Part shown: positions 1 through 10,569 of the stretch, piece by piece
Numbering within the stretch: the first letter of the stretch is position 1
How the letters are laid out: each line of letters opens with the position of its first letter
NCBI GenBank assembly: GCA_050916045.1
Contig: CP051526.1
Location: 3,008,001 to 3,072,000, forward strand
Source of the DNA: Tepidisphaera sp.
Lineage (GTDB): Bacteria; Planctomycetota; Phycisphaerae; Phycisphaerales; UBA1924
Length of the DNA stretch: 64,000 nt
Reading direction: 5' to 3'
The notes under the pieces: generated by a model
Database searches by the model: none
Told to the model about the DNA's origin: nothing
The model's input: only the letters and a program-made list of their open reading frames with translations
Position numbers and translations under genes: made by a program

Positions 1-48
1 GTAGGGACCCGCAAAACCCGCGCTTCTGATACACTCATTGCACCCCGC

Positions 49-606
49 ATGACCACACCTTCTGAGCCATCACCGCAGACCCCCGCCGAACCGGCCGCCA
101 GCGCGCCGGGCGCGAACGGAACGATCGATTGGAATCGGCTGCCGGTGATCGCTTCGCCGCTTGGGCCGGCGGAAGCGATGGAGAAGCTGCGTCTGGCGTC
201 CAAGCGAGGGAGGATGCCGGGGTTTGATCAGCGGGACGCGGGGTCGTTCACGGTGGAGCTGTTCGGTACGCCGTGGGATCGGCTCCTGAACGGCGTGATC
301 ACGGCCGAGGGGTCGGGCTCGAGTATCCGGTTTGTGCGCAAGGACAAGCGACTGCTGCCGGGGGTCTGGCTTGCGGCGCTGGTGCTTTCGGTCTGGCCGG
401 GCGTGCTGCTGACGGATGCGCTGATCCCGGCGTCGTGGGGCTGGATCGGGACGCACGTCTGGGCGTGGTACCTGCCGCTCACGATCATCGGGAACGTATG
501 GACGTGGATCTGGGCGGTGAAGAAAGCCGACGCAACGACGAGAGCTTCAGCGGCGGAATCCGTCACGGCGATCGCGGCGGAGATTTCGGGGCGGGTGGGC
601 GTCTAA
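49..606 (+). CDS. Hypothetical membrane protein (2 C-terminal TM helices)
   Basis: 185-aa ORF with GC-biased codons, hydrophobic Trp-rich C-terminal segments; TACACT at 30-35 upstream. Confidence 0.7.
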   Translation: MTTPSEPSPQTPAEPAASAPGANGTIDWNRLPVIASPLGPAEAMEKLRLASKRGRMPGFDQRDAGSFTVELFGTPWDRLLNGVITAEGSGSSIRFVRKDKRLLPGVWLAALVLSVWPGVLLTDALIPASWGWIGTHVWAWYLPLTIIGNVWTWIWAVKKADATTRASAAESVTAIAAEISGRVGV

Positions 607-615
607 GCGGCTGGT

Positions 616-1902
616 TCAGTCGTCCTCGTCCGCGAGCGGCGCGGCGGGCTTCATGATCTCGCGGAGCACGACGGTGGCAAAGGAGCCGCGCGGCAGTTCG
701 AAGACCACGCGGATGAACGATCCGGCGTCGTCAACGCCGCCCTCGACGTCGGGGTCGATCAGCGGGACGCGGAGCGGGCGGCGGGCGCCCTCGATGAGCT
801 TGGGATGACGCTGGCCGAAAGCTTCGAGGGCTTCGGGGGAGACGTCAAAGTCGGCGAGAGCGGCGAGCTCCTCGCGGTCGGTCTCGCCGGAAGCACGCAT
901 CATGGCGGGGCCCCACATCGGGCCCGACGGGCTGATCTCGAACTTCTGCAGGCGTTCGGCGGTGGAAGGCTCGGCGAGCACGGCATCGTCGACGGCGAAG
1001 ATCGCTCGGTTCTCGTGCTTCATCGCGAGGTCGCCGGCGCGGAGGGTGCCGAGTGAGCCGGCTTCGAGCCTGCGGTCCAGGACGTGGTTGAAGACCGCGG
1101 ACTGGAACGCGGAGACCATGAAGTTGGCGGACATGGCGTCGATCGAGCGGACGGCACGCTCAGCGGACAAGCCGCGGGCCAGGCCGCCGAGGATCACGCG
1201 CTCGGTCCGGCAGCCGCGGGGAAAGCGGGCGAGCGCATCGGCGTAGTTGCCGTCCCGGGCGAGGGCGCGGGCTTCGGCGGAACGCTCGCTGTCGCCGGTG
1301 AAGGGGGCGAAGAGGTCGCGGATGGCGCGATCGAAATCGCCGAGCACGAGCGCTCGGCCGAAGAGGTGGTTGCTGCCGCTGGTGCCGAAACGCTGCTCGC
1401 CGAAGCGGTTGGGGACGCCAGTCACCTCGAGGCGGTCAAGGACGCGCTTCACCACCGGCGTGAGCATCGGGTTGACGCCGCGGATGCGGATGCTGAAGCG
1501 GTTGCCACGGAGGTGGCCCTGGCGGAGCTTGTTGGCGTGGTAGTCCGCCCAGAGGACGTTCACGCGTTCGTGCTGGAGCGAGGGGAAGTCCTCGATCTTC
1601 TTGCCCGGGACGTGGACGGAGAGGACCTGCCGCGTGATCGCCATGCGGTCCTTGAGCCCGGCGAACCCGACCGCGTGCCGCGGGACGCCGAAATGCGACG
1701 CGACGATCTGGATCAGGTCGAAGGTGGCCATGTCGCGCTTTTCGACCAGCATGTAGATGTGCTCGCCGGAACCCGCGGGCTCGTACAGCGGGACTTCGTC
1801 GACGAGGAAATCCTCGGGGCGCAGCCGGATGGTGCCGCCGGTGCCGGGGATGTCGGCGGTCAGGTAGCGTGAAGGAGTGACATGCGCGGAAAGATCGGCC
1901 AC
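616..1902 (-). CDS. truD: tRNA pseudouridine(13) synthase TruD
   Basis: Motifs PEDFLVDE, AGLKDRMAITRQ, GNRFSIRIR, PNRFGEQRFG, FELPRGSFAT; start moved to GTG 1902, 6 nt after TACGCT. Confidence 0.95.
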   Translation of the reverse strand: MADLSAHVTPSRYLTADIPGTGGTIRLRPEDFLVDEVPLYEPAGSGEHIYMLVEKRDMATFDLIQIVASHFGVPRHAVGFAGLKDRMAITRQVLSVHVPGKKIEDFPSLQHERVNVLWADYHANKLRQGHLRGNRFSIRIRGVNPMLTPVVKRVLDRLEVTGVPNRFGEQRFGTSGSNHLFGRALVLGDFDRAIRDLFAPFTGDSERSAEARALARDGNYADALARFPRGCRTERVILGGLARGLSAERAVRSIDAMSANFMVSAFQSAVFNHVLDRRLEAGSLGTLRAGDLAMKHENRAIFAVDDAVLAEPSTAERLQKFEISPSGPMWGPAMMRASGETDREELAALADFDVSPEALEAFGQRHPKLIEGARRPLRVPLIDPDVEGGVDDAGSFIRVVFELPRGSFATVVLREIMKPAAPLADEDD

Positions 1903-1964
1903 GGCGGGAGCGTAGCCGCACCGCTCGCCAACACGCTCGATCTTCCGGCGAATTCCCGCGAAGA

Positions 1965-2393
1965 TCAAAGTTCCGGAGGGTCGCGGAGCGCGCCTTCGAG
2001 GACGTGATCCTCGACGAAAATCGGGACATCCTGCGCGATGCCGAGGGCGATCGCGTCGCTCGGCCGCGAATCGATGTGAAGCACATCGCCGGCCTGCGTA
2101 CGGATATCGAGGGTCGCGAAGAACGTCTGCTCGCGGAGGTCGCTGACCGTGATCGAGAGAAGCGTCGCTCCAAGGTCGGAGATGATCGATGCGAGCAGGT
2201 CGTGTGTCTGCGGACGTTTGAGCGCGGTGCCCTTGAGGCGCCGCTCGATGGCCTGGGCTTCGGGAAGGCCGATCACGATGGGGAACGAGCGGACTGCTTC
2301 GGCATCGACCGGGTCGGCTTCGCGCAGCTCGATGATCTGCATGTCCGCGAGCTCACGGATCAGGATGCGGGCCAGTTCCATGCGGACGGGCAT
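1965..2393 (-). CDS. Bifunctional nuclease family protein (DUF151)
   Basis: PIVIGLPEAQAI, RPQTHDLL, IDSRPSDAIAL motifs. Confidence 0.93.
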   Translation of the reverse strand: MPVRMELARILIRELADMQIIELREADPVDAEAVRSFPIVIGLPEAQAIERRLKGTALKRPQTHDLLASIISDLGATLLSITVSDLREQTFFATLDIRTQAGDVLHIDSRPSDAIALGIAQDVPIFVEDHVLEGALRDPPEL

Positions 2394-2468
2394 GCGCGGA
2401 GCTCCCGGGGGCGGCTGGGGCGAGTGGGGAGACGAGAGAGGGTGCGCGGGCCGGGCGCCCGCGCCGAT

Positions 2469-3539
2469 TTAGCGGTTGCCGCCGGGGACGTTGGTGTCGC
2501 CGGCCAGGGTCTGACGCATGGAGGTGTCGGCTTGGAGGTTCTTCATGCGGTAGAAGTCCATGATGCCGAGGTTGCCGCTGGCGAAAGCTTGGGCCATCGC
2601 GCGGGGGATTTCGGCTTCGGCGAGGACGACGGCCGCGCGGTTCTTCTGTTCTTCCGCACGGAACTCCTGCTCCTGCGCGATGGCGAGGGCGCGGCGTTCT
2701 TCGGCTTTGGCCTGGGCCATCTGCTTGTTGGCGTTGGCCTGGTCGGTCTGGAGCTTGGCGCCGATGTTGTCACCGACGTCGATGTCGGCGATGTCGATCG
2801 AGAGGATCTCGAACGCGGTGCCGGCGTCGAGGCCCTTGGCCATCACGGTCTTGGAGATGTTCTCGGGGTTGGCGAGCACCTGCTTGTGCGTGAGGGCCGA
2901 GCCGATCTCCTTGACGATGCCTTCGCCGACGCGGGCGATGATGGTTTCCTCGGTCGCACCGCCGACGAGGCGGCGGATGTTGGTGCGGACCGTGACCTTG
3001 GCTTTGGCTCGGAGCTGGATGCCGTCACCGGCGACGGCGTCGAAGGTGGAGCGGTTGTTGGTCGAGGGGTTGGGGCACTCGATGACCTTGGGATTGACGG
3101 AGGTGTTGACGGCTTCGACGATGTCGCGTCCGGCGAGGTCGATGGCGGTCGCGGTGTCCCACGGGAGCTCGATCTGGGCTTTCTGGGCCGAGATCATCGC
3201 GTTGATGACGTTGGGGACGCGGCCGCCGGCGAGGTAGTGGGTTTCGAGGGCGTTGGTCGAGATGTCCATGCCGGACTTCACCGCTCGGATGCGGGAGTAG
3301 ACGATCATGCGGACGTCGACTTTCCGGAGCCGCATGAAGACGAGTTCGAAGAGGCCGACGCTGGCGCCCGAGACCAGAGCCTGGATCCACAGGCTGAGGA
3401 ACTGGCCGATGGCGAAGAGGAAGATGAGGACGAAGAGACCCGCGACGATCCCGATCACGACCCAGACGGCGGTGTCGAGCGCGAGCATGGAAGCGGGCGC
3501 CGGGAGAGTCTGAGCAAGCTGCGCGAACGTGTTCTGCAT
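2469..3539 (-). CDS. floA: Flotillin-like protein FloA (YqfA family)
   Basis: [84 protein letters not shown]. Confidence 0.96.
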   Translation of the reverse strand: MQNTFAQLAQTLPAPASMLALDTAVWVVIGIVAGLFVLIFLFAIGQFLSLWIQALVSGASVGLFELVFMRLRKVDVRMIVYSRIRAVKSGMDISTNALETHYLAGGRVPNVINAMISAQKAQIELPWDTATAIDLAGRDIVEAVNTSVNPKVIECPNPSTNNRSTFDAVAGDGIQLRAKAKVTVRTNIRRLVGGATEETIIARVGEGIVKEIGSALTHKQVLANPENISKTVMAKGLDAGTAFEILSIDIADIDVGDNIGAKLQTDQANANKQMAQAKAEERRALAIAQEQEFRAEEQKNRAAVVLAEAEIPRAMAQAFASGNLGIMDFYRMKNLQADTSMRQTLAGDTNVPGGNR

Positions 3540-3701
3540 GAGCGAATACCCCTGATTGGCTTTGCGTTTGGCGAGTGAAGGTGGACGTGTCCGGCCGACG
3601 TGTCCGTTCGGTCAGAGCGGGGTGAGTATACGCCGACGCCCACCCCGCAACGGGGTCGTCGAGGGAATCAGCTCGGTTCGTGCGCTTGATTCAGGCCCTG
3701 A

Positions 3702-4199
3702 TCAGATCGGGCGGACCTTCATCTCGTTGGCGTCCACCGAGACCACCCGGACCTTGGTGCCGGGGGAGATGAAGCCAACCTCGGCCAACGCATCCACTCG
3801 CTTGCCTTCGAGTTCGATGATGCCGACGGGTCGCATTTCGGTCAGGACGACGCCGACCTTACCGATGGAAGCGTCCCGTAGGCGGCGGGCTTCCACGTCG
3901 CGGGCGCGCCGGGCTTCGAGTTCCTCTTCGGAGGGCAGGCCTATGGCCCGTCTTCCCGCGTTGGTGCTCGTCCAGATCGATATCCCCGAGAAGAAGACCG
4001 TCGGCAGGAGGATCATCGAGCCCAGGAGACCGCTGACGCCCCAGACGCTGTCGTAGATCCACAAGCAGACGATCCCGGCGATCGCCACCGCCGCAGCGAC
4101 CATCGAGATGAGCCCCGCCGACGGGACAAAAATCTCGATCACGGTGAGCAGCAGCGCCGCCGCGAGAAGCACAAATCCCCAGATGAGCATCTGATCCAT
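3702..4199 (-). CDS. NfeD family protein (short; TM segments + OB-fold)
   Basis: EIFVPSAG TM region, C-terminal IGKVG...MRPVG...VDA...FI..G..VRV; directly upstream of floA; start at ATG 4199 after TACAGT. Confidence 0.88.
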   Translation of the reverse strand: MDQMLIWGFVLLAAALLLTVIEIFVPSAGLISMVAAAVAIAGIVCLWIYDSVWGVSGLLGSMILLPTVFFSGISIWTSTNAGRRAIGLPSEEELEARRARDVEARRLRDASIGKVGVVLTEMRPVGIIELEGKRVDALAEVGFISPGTKVRVVSVDANEMKVRPI

Positions 4200-4234
4200 C
4201 GGCGTGACTGTAAGGGGGCTCGGACGCGGCGGCA

Positions 4235-6202
4235 TCAGGTGACGGCGTTGTCCGGTTCCGAAGGCGTGGCCGGGCTCGGCTCGGGCTGCTGGGACCCGGG
4301 CACCTGTTCGACGACGATCCGGAACCGGTCGGCCGAAACCACGCGGACCGGGACGCCGATGGGGAGGAATCCACTTTCCGCGACCACGTCGAAGACCTCA
4401 TCGCCGAAGGAAGCTTTCCCGGAAGGCCGGAGCAGGGTGACCGTCGTGCCGAGTTCACCGGGGGAGAGTTCGGGGGTCTCGGGGCGGATGGCTCCGAAGA
4501 GAGCCTCATCCACCTCACCGGGCGCGGGGCTTTGCAGGGTGTACTTCTTCATGATGGGCAGGGTGCCCAGTTGCCGGATGACGAAGAAGATGCCGAAGAT
4601 GGCCGTGACGGTGGAGAGAAGCACCGTGACCGCCCCGCGGGCGAGGGAGTCCTGGGCTTCGGGGGTGGAAAAGGCCATGCCGGCGGGGCCGGAGGGGACG
4701 AACGTAAAGACCAGCCCGACGAAGAGGGTGATCAGCCCGAGCACGCCGGCGACGCCAAACCCAGGGAAGACAAAGAGTTCCATCGCCAGCAGGATGATCC
4801 CGATCCCCACCGCTCCAAGCGACCACCAGTTGGCCATGCCCATGATGAAGCTTGGCCCAAGAACCAGCCCGAGCGCCACCGCGGCAATCAGCCCCGGGAC
4901 GACCATGCCCGGATGGGTCATCTCGATGAACATCGCGATCATGAAGATCGAGATAAGGAGGCCCCGGACGAAGGGGTTGCTGAGAAAGCGAGCCGCATGC
5001 TCGGCCCACGACTGGTCGAGGCGCGTCAGGCGGTTGGCGCCGAAGTAGGCCGTCAGCTCGGCTTCGTCGTTGATGACCGTCCGGCTGAGGCCGAACTGAG
5101 CGAGCTGCTTGGATTGGAGCGAGACCGACCCTGTGCCGTCGGTGGCGTAGGTGACCAGACGGTACTTCCCGGCGTCCGCGGCGCTCAGCACCGGTCGAGT
5201 CGAAGCGGTTTCAACCAGATTGACGGGCTGGGTCGCGAGAAGAGAAGCGATCGCGGCGGAGGCCGGGATCGCCGGTGAGCCGCCCACCGAAGCAGCGCTC
5301 GAAGCGGCGGGCGGGGCCGGAGGGGTTGCCATGCCCATCGTCGGGCCACCCCGAGCCATCGCCACCTCGAACTGCGTCAGCTTGCGTGACGGCGTCAGTT
5401 CGACGTTCGCGCGGCTGGGTGCGCCGGGAAACAGCATCGCGTGCTCGCGCTCGTTGATGCAGAGCTTGTCGCCGGTCGCGATATTCTCGACCAGCCAGAG
5501 TTCAGCCCCGGGCAAAGCCATGGCTTGGACCAAGAACTCGTCCCACCCGCGTCGGCGGGCGGACTCGATGGCGCTCGCAACGGCCGGAGCGGCCACATCC
5601 GCCCAGCGCTCGTACCCGGGCATGCCGGAGGGGGGCGAAGCGGACCGCGAACGACGAGGGGCGTTGCTGACCCACTCGGGGTCCACGAACTCTCCGAGGG
5701 TGGCGTTGCCGCTGACGACGATGTCCCGGCAGGCGAGAGCGATCAGGCCGGCTCCCCCCACCGCCGCGCCGGAACGGGACCCACGCGACTCGGCGTCGTG
5801 GATCCAAGCGACGATGTTGGGAATGGGCGACTGGCGGATGACGGCGAGGAGTTCCGAGACGGTGCCGAAATTGCTTTCGCGGCTATCGATCTCGAGGACG
5901 ATAGCGTCGGCCCCGGCGGCTTTGGCTTCGGAAAACCGTCGGATCACGGAAGCGGTCTGGAACCGGTCGATGCGGCCCTCGATGACGATGACCGCGACGT
6001 GCTGAGCAAGCCTGGACGCGGGGACGGCGGCGGAAGGGCCGGGCTGGGCCTGGGATGCCGACTGGGCTTGGGGCGCGGGTCCTGCCGCGACCTGAGGGGG
6101 GAGCAGGCCACCCAGCAGGAGGGTGAGGATCACCAACCTGAGCCACGCGGCGGGCGAGCGGAAAATGGAAGTGACGCGGCGAAGGGTCCGGGTGCTTGGC
6201 AC
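4235..6202 (-). CDS. NfeD family protein (long form; ClpP-like domain + TM + OB-fold, YqeZ-like)
   Basis: Signal peptide, VIVIEGRID...GADAIVLEID ClpP-like start, EMTHPG/ELFVFPGFGVAG TM region, C-terminal LRPSGKA...DVV..GF. Confidence 0.88.
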   Translation of the reverse strand: MPSTRTLRRVTSIFRSPAAWLRLVILTLLLGGLLPPQVAAGPAPQAQSASQAQPGPSAAVPASRLAQHVAVIVIEGRIDRFQTASVIRRFSEAKAAGADAIVLEIDSRESNFGTVSELLAVIRQSPIPNIVAWIHDAESRGSRSGAAVGGAGLIALACRDIVVSGNATLGEFVDPEWVSNAPRRSRSASPPSGMPGYERWADVAAPAVASAIESARRRGWDEFLVQAMALPGAELWLVENIATGDKLCINEREHAMLFPGAPSRANVELTPSRKLTQFEVAMARGGPTMGMATPPAPPAASSAASVGGSPAIPASAAIASLLATQPVNLVETASTRPVLSAADAGKYRLVTYATDGTGSVSLQSKQLAQFGLSRTVINDEAELTAYFGANRLTRLDQSWAEHAARFLSNPFVRGLLISIFMIAMFIEMTHPGMVVPGLIAAVALGLVLGPSFIMGMANWWSLGAVGIGIILLAMELFVFPGFGVAGVLGLITLFVGLVFTFVPSGPAGMAFSTPEAQDSLARGAVTVLLSTVTAIFGIFFVIRQLGTLPIMKKYTLQSPAPGEVDEALFGAIRPETPELSPGELGTTVTLLRPSGKASFGDEVFDVVAESGFLPIGVPVRVVSADRFRIVVEQVPGSQQPEPSPATPSEPDNAVT

Positions 6203-6205
6203 ACA

Positions 6206-6778
6206 TCAGTATAAGGAAGACCGAGCCGGTTGTTGCGGGCTTGGCGGCGGGCCGGCCGTCCCGGGCAGGATCTGGTGCACCTGCCACGAAAGGCCGCCGG
6301 CCATCAGGTCGAGATGGACGGAGAAGAACCCGTCGCGTCCGCCGGGCGTGGGAGCTTGCGTCGCCGCGACCAGGGGCCAGATGATGCGGCGGTCGGTTTC
6401 GGGGATCGGCAGGTGGTCCAGTTCATCGGGGCGGTGCCAATCCAGCCGGCCCTCGTCGATGTCGCGGGCTTGCACCTCGACCGGACCGACCACCCGGAAG
6501 TAGAACAGAAGCCAGTGCCCGTCGGGCGCCTGCTCGGAAATGAGCCCGAGGAGGTGGAGGCGTTCAAGGGGAACGTCGATCCCGGCTTCCTCGCGTATTT
6601 CTCGCTGGGCGCAGTGCGCGGGAGACTCGCCGGTCACGGTGTCGAGCTTGCCGCCGATGGGCGAGCAGAAGCCGCGGTTGGGGTCTCGGGCGCGGCGGAG
6701 GAGAAGCATCCGTCCCTCCTCGTCGCGGAGGTCGCAAAGGCACGCGAGCCGGTACGGATTCGAGCGAGGGTCGGTCAC
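6206..6778 (-). CDS. NUDIX hydrolase
   Basis: Nudix box GGKLDTVTGESPAHCAQREIREEAG; start re-assigned to GTG 6778, 5 nt after TACCAT. Confidence 0.9.
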   Translation of the reverse strand: MTDPRSNPYRLACLCDLRDEEGRMLLLRRARDPNRGFCSPIGGKLDTVTGESPAHCAQREIREEAGIDVPLERLHLLGLISEQAPDGHWLLFYFRVVGPVEVQARDIDEGRLDWHRPDELDHLPIPETDRRIIWPLVAATQAPTPGGRDGFFSVHLDLMAGGLSWQVHQILPGTAGPPPSPQQPARSSLY

Positions 6779-6869
6779 CGCGGATGGTACGAGCGCGAGC
6801 CGTCGATCGCGCGCGAAATGGTCGCGTTCGCGCTGTTCTCCGTGAGCATCTGCGTCCGATACAGTCCTT

Positions 6870-8543
6870 ATGACTCCGCCATCTGTGACGGCACCGACCA
6901 ACCCCGAAGCACTCGCGCCCGCAACCTCCAAGGGCGGCGCGTCGCCCGCCCGCAAGCCCGCCCACTCCGCCATGCCCGCTCGCAAGCCCATGTCGCGCCC
7001 GACCAACGCTCCCGGCCCTCAGCCGGTCCAGAGCGGCGCGGCGTGGCCCGGCGCGTCCTGCAACGTCTACATGATCGGCATCGGCGGCTGCGGGATGAGC
7101 GGCCTCGCCCGCCTCCTCAAGACCCGGGGCGCGACCGTCTCGGGCACGGATCAGGCCCCGCAGGAATCGACCAAAGCCCTTGAAGCCGAGGGGATCAACG
7201 TCGGGTTCGAACAGAGCCTCCCCTGGCTCCCCGATGGGTGCGGCCTCGTCGTCATCTCCGCCGCCGTCAAGCCCGATCACCCGCAGGTCGCCGAAGCCCG
7301 CCGTCGGGGCGTGCCGGTCCTGACGTACGCCGAAGCTCTGGGCCGCTGCATGCTCGGCCGGACCGGGATCGCGGTGGCCGGGACGCACGGGAAGAGCTCG
7401 ACGACAGCCATGCTCGGGACGGTGCTCGTGGACTGCGGGATCGACCCGTCGGTGATCGTGGGCGCGACAAGCCGTCAGCTCGCCAAAGGGAACATCGGGT
7501 CGACCTCGGTGCTGGCCGGCCATCCCGCCACGGGGTTCCGCCTTGGAAGCTCGACGATCGTCGGGGGGGACTGGCGCGGGCTTCCGGGCGTCCTGGTCGC
7601 CGAAGCCTGCGAGTTCAACCGATCGTTCCACAACTTCCGCCCCACGCTAGCGTCGATCTCTTCGGTCGAAGCCGACCATCTGGACTGCTACAAGGACCTC
7701 GGCGAGATCATCGAGAGCTTCAGGCACTTTGTGTCGCTGCTGCCCGCTGAGAAGGATGGCGGCCGGCTTCTGATCGCCCATGACGGGGCCCACCGCCGCG
7801 AGGTGACGGCCGGAGCGACGTGTCGGGTTGAGACGATCGGGTTCAGCCCGCAGGCGGACTGGTCGCTGGCGTACGACCCCGCGACCCGCCGGGCTTCGCT
7901 GTCGCAGGACCGCAAGCTGATCGCTCAGTGGACGATGCGGGTCCCCGGTGCCCACATGGCGTTCAACGCGGGGGTGGCATTGACCCTCGCGACGTTCGTG
8001 GGTGCGGATCCGCGGGTGGCGGCGGCGAGCTTGTGCGAGTTCCGCGGGATCGACCGCCGGATGCAGTTCCTGGGCGAGAAGCAGGTTTCGGGCGGGACGG
8101 TGAGGGTGTACGACGACTACGGCCACCACCCGACCGAGGTGGATGTCACGCTCCGCGCGCTCAGGGACTTTGAGCGGCCGGAGGATCGCAAGGGGCGCTT
8201 GATCTGCGTCTTCCAGCCGCACCAGCACAGCCGGACCCGGCACCTGCTCGACGAGTTCGTCAAGAGCTTTGACACCGCGGACGTCGTGATCGTGCCGGAG
8301 ATCTACTTTGTACGCGACAAAGCCGAGGAACGGCATCTCGTGACGGCGGCGGACCTGGTCGACCGGCTCCGGGAGCGCGGCGTGAAAGCCATGCACGTGC
8401 ATCCCTTCGGGGCGATCGTCGAGACGCTCGCGGACCTCTGCCGTGCGAACGATCTGGTCGTGACGATGGGCGCGGGGCCGGTGTACAAGGTCGCGGAGGA
8501 GTATATCGCGGCCGGGAGCCCCAAAGGCGGAGCCCGTCCATGA
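6870..8543 (+). CDS. murC: UDP-N-acetylmuramate--L-alanine ligase
   Basis: IGIGGCGMSGLA, AVAGTHGKSSTT, EACEFNRSF, DDYGHHPTEV, FQPHQHSRT, TMGAG. Confidence 0.96.
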   Translation: MTPPSVTAPTNPEALAPATSKGGASPARKPAHSAMPARKPMSRPTNAPGPQPVQSGAAWPGASCNVYMIGIGGCGMSGLARLLKTRGATVSGTDQAPQESTKALEAEGINVGFEQSLPWLPDGCGLVVISAAVKPDHPQVAEARRRGVPVLTYAEALGRCMLGRTGIAVAGTHGKSSTTAMLGTVLVDCGIDPSVIVGATSRQLAKGNIGSTSVLAGHPATGFRLGSSTIVGGDWRGLPGVLVAEACEFNRSFHNFRPTLASISSVEADHLDCYKDLGEIIESFRHFVSLLPAEKDGGRLLIAHDGAHRREVTAGATCRVETIGFSPQADWSLAYDPATRRASLSQDRKLIAQWTMRVPGAHMAFNAGVALTLATFVGADPRVAAASLCEFRGIDRRMQFLGEKQVSGGTVRVYDDYGHHPTEVDVTLRALRDFERPEDRKGRLICVFQPHQHSRTRHLLDEFVKSFDTADVVIVPEIYFVRDKAEERHLVTAADLVDRLRERGVKAMHVHPFGAIVETLADLCRANDLVVTMGAGPVYKVAEEYIAAGSPKGGARP

Positions 8544-9475
8544 GCCCGGCTTCATTCATGGCGACCGAACCCACGATTCTGCGGCGGCACCCGATCACGA
8601 CCTGGTTCAAGATCGGCGGCGGCGCGGACTTGTTCGCCCGGCCGAAAGATGCGGGACAGCTCGCGCGGCTGATGGAGACGCACCCTGATGTGCGGGTGCT
8701 CGGGGACGGCGCGAACCTTCTGATTGATGACGACGGCGCTCCCGGGCTCGTGGTCGAGCTCAGCGAGCCGGCGTGGACCAAGGTCGAGATCGACGCTTCG
8801 ACCGGCACGGTGCGGGTCGGCGCGGGAGCAAAGCTCCCGCAACTCATCCACCAGACCGTGCGGGCGGGTTTGGGCGGATTGGAAGTCCTGGGCGGGATCC
8901 CGGCGACGGTGGGCGGGGCTTTGGTAATGAACGCGGGCGGCGCGTTCGGGCAGATCGCCGATGCGGTGGCGGTCGTGCGCGGAGTGAACCGCGCCGGGCA
9001 GCCGGTTGAGCTCAAGCGGAGCGAGATCGCTTTCGGGTACCGCAAGTCGGGCCTGAACGACCTGATCCTGACCGAAGCGGAGCTCGCGCTCACGCCGGGA
9101 GACTCGGGAGACCTTCGTCGCCGGCTGCTTGAGATCATGGAGTACAAGAAGAACAGCCAGCCGATGGCGGCCAACAGCGCCGGCTGTGCGTTCAAGAACC
9201 CGACGCTGGCGGAAACCGTCGAGGGGATCGGGGCGGCTGGAGCTCGCGTGTCGGCCGGGATGGTCATCGACCGGGCTGGGCTCAAGGGCTTGCGTGTGGG
9301 CGGAGCGGAAGTAAGCCCGGTGCACGCGAACTTCCTCGTGACGCACCCGGGAGCGTCCGCGTCCAACGTGATCTCGCTGATGAACGAGATCGTCCGCCGC
9401 GTGCACGACCGGTTCGGCGTGACGCTTCAGCCCGAGGTCGTCGTGTGGTCCAAGCACGAGATCGCGCTGGGGTAG
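8540..9475 (+). CDS. murB: UDP-N-acetylenolpyruvoylglucosamine reductase
   Basis: TWFKIGGGA, LGDGANLL, GIPATVGGALVMNAGG, FGYRKS, SAGCAFKNP, HANF, LQPEV; ATGA overlap with murC. Confidence 0.96.
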   Translation: MSPASFMATEPTILRRHPITTWFKIGGGADLFARPKDAGQLARLMETHPDVRVLGDGANLLIDDDGAPGLVVELSEPAWTKVEIDASTGTVRVGAGAKLPQLIHQTVRAGLGGLEVLGGIPATVGGALVMNAGGAFGQIADAVAVVRGVNRAGQPVELKRSEIAFGYRKSGLNDLILTEAELALTPGDSGDLRRRLLEIMEYKKNSQPMAANSAGCAFKNPTLAETVEGIGAAGARVSAGMVIDRAGLKGLRVGGAEVSPVHANFLVTHPGASASNVISLMNEIVRRVHDRFGVTLQPEVVVWSKHEIALG

Positions 9476-9521
9476 GGACGAACGATGCGGCCGAACGAGC
9501 CGCGTGAGAGGATCTGGCGAC

Positions 9522-10481
9522 ATGGAACAGAAGCACTCGGTGCTGGTGCTTGGCGGCGGTCCGGACGCCGAACGCGAGGTCAGCCTCGTCAGTTCGCGCT
9601 GCGTCGCCAAAGCCCTGGTGGAAGCCGGGCACGAGGTCAATTACCAGGTGATCGACCGGCCGAATCTGGATGAGCTCAGCCGCTGGGGCGGTTCGGTCGT
9701 GTTTCCAGTGCTTCACGGCGGATGGGGCGAGGGAGGCCCGCTCCAGGACCTGCTCGAACGCGGCAAGCGGCCGTATGTCGGGTGTCGCGGCCCGGCGGCG
9801 AGGCTTGCGATGGACAAGATCGCGACCAAGCTGGTTGCGGCGCAGAAGGGGGTCCCGACCGCCGCGTGCGCGGTCTTCAACCCGCGAGATGACGGCTGCC
9901 CGCTGGGCGAGATGCCCGTCGTGCTCAAGCCCGTACACGAAGGCTCGAGCGTCGGGGTCCACATCTGCAAGACCGGCGTCCAGTGGTCGGACGGGGTCGC
10001 GGCTGTTCGCGAGGACCTGCGTCGGCATCCGGAACGGGCCTATCTGGTCGAACGGGCCGTGCTCGGTGCCCGGGAACTGACCATCGGCGTCATGGGCAAT
10101 CGCGGGGGCGGGTCGGAGGTGCTGGATCCGGTTGAGATCAAGCCCGCCGTCGAGTTCTACGACTACCAAGCCAAGTACAACCGCGACGACACGCGGTACA
10201 CGGTTGACCCGCCCCTGCCGGCGGGCGTCAAGGAACGGGTTCAGGGCTGGGCGAAGACGATGTTCGAAGCTCTGGGTTGCCGACATCTCGCCCGGGTGGA
10301 CTTTCTGCTCGCAGCGGACGGGTCGGCGTGGCTTCTGGAAGCCAACACGATGCCGGGATTCACTGACCACTCGCTTTTCCCGATGGCGGCCGCCCACCGC
10401 GGGATGACGATGCCGGCGCTCTGCTCGCACCTGGTTTCGCTCGCCGGGCAGGAGGCCTATGCCCGGGGCGGGTACGCGTAA
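9522..10481 (+). CDS. ddl: D-alanine--D-alanine ligase
   Basis: GGPDAEREVSLVS, LHGGWGEGG, MDKIATK, KPVHEGSSVG, FYDYQAKY, ARVDF, LEANTMPGFTDHSLFP. Confidence 0.96.
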   Translation: MEQKHSVLVLGGGPDAEREVSLVSSRCVAKALVEAGHEVNYQVIDRPNLDELSRWGGSVVFPVLHGGWGEGGPLQDLLERGKRPYVGCRGPAARLAMDKIATKLVAAQKGVPTAACAVFNPRDDGCPLGEMPVVLKPVHEGSSVGVHICKTGVQWSDGVAAVREDLRRHPERAYLVERAVLGARELTIGVMGNRGGGSEVLDPVEIKPAVEFYDYQAKYNRDDTRYTVDPPLPAGVKERVQGWAKTMFEALGCRHLARVDFLLAADGSAWLLEANTMPGFTDHSLFPMAAAHRGMTMPALCSHLVSLAGQEAYARGGYA

Positions 10482-10569
10482 CGGGCAAGCGGCTTAGAAT
10501 GGCTGACGCCGAACGGACTCGGCGTTTGGGGACGGGCTCGGGCGACGGGGTGGGATGAGGAAGTGCGCG

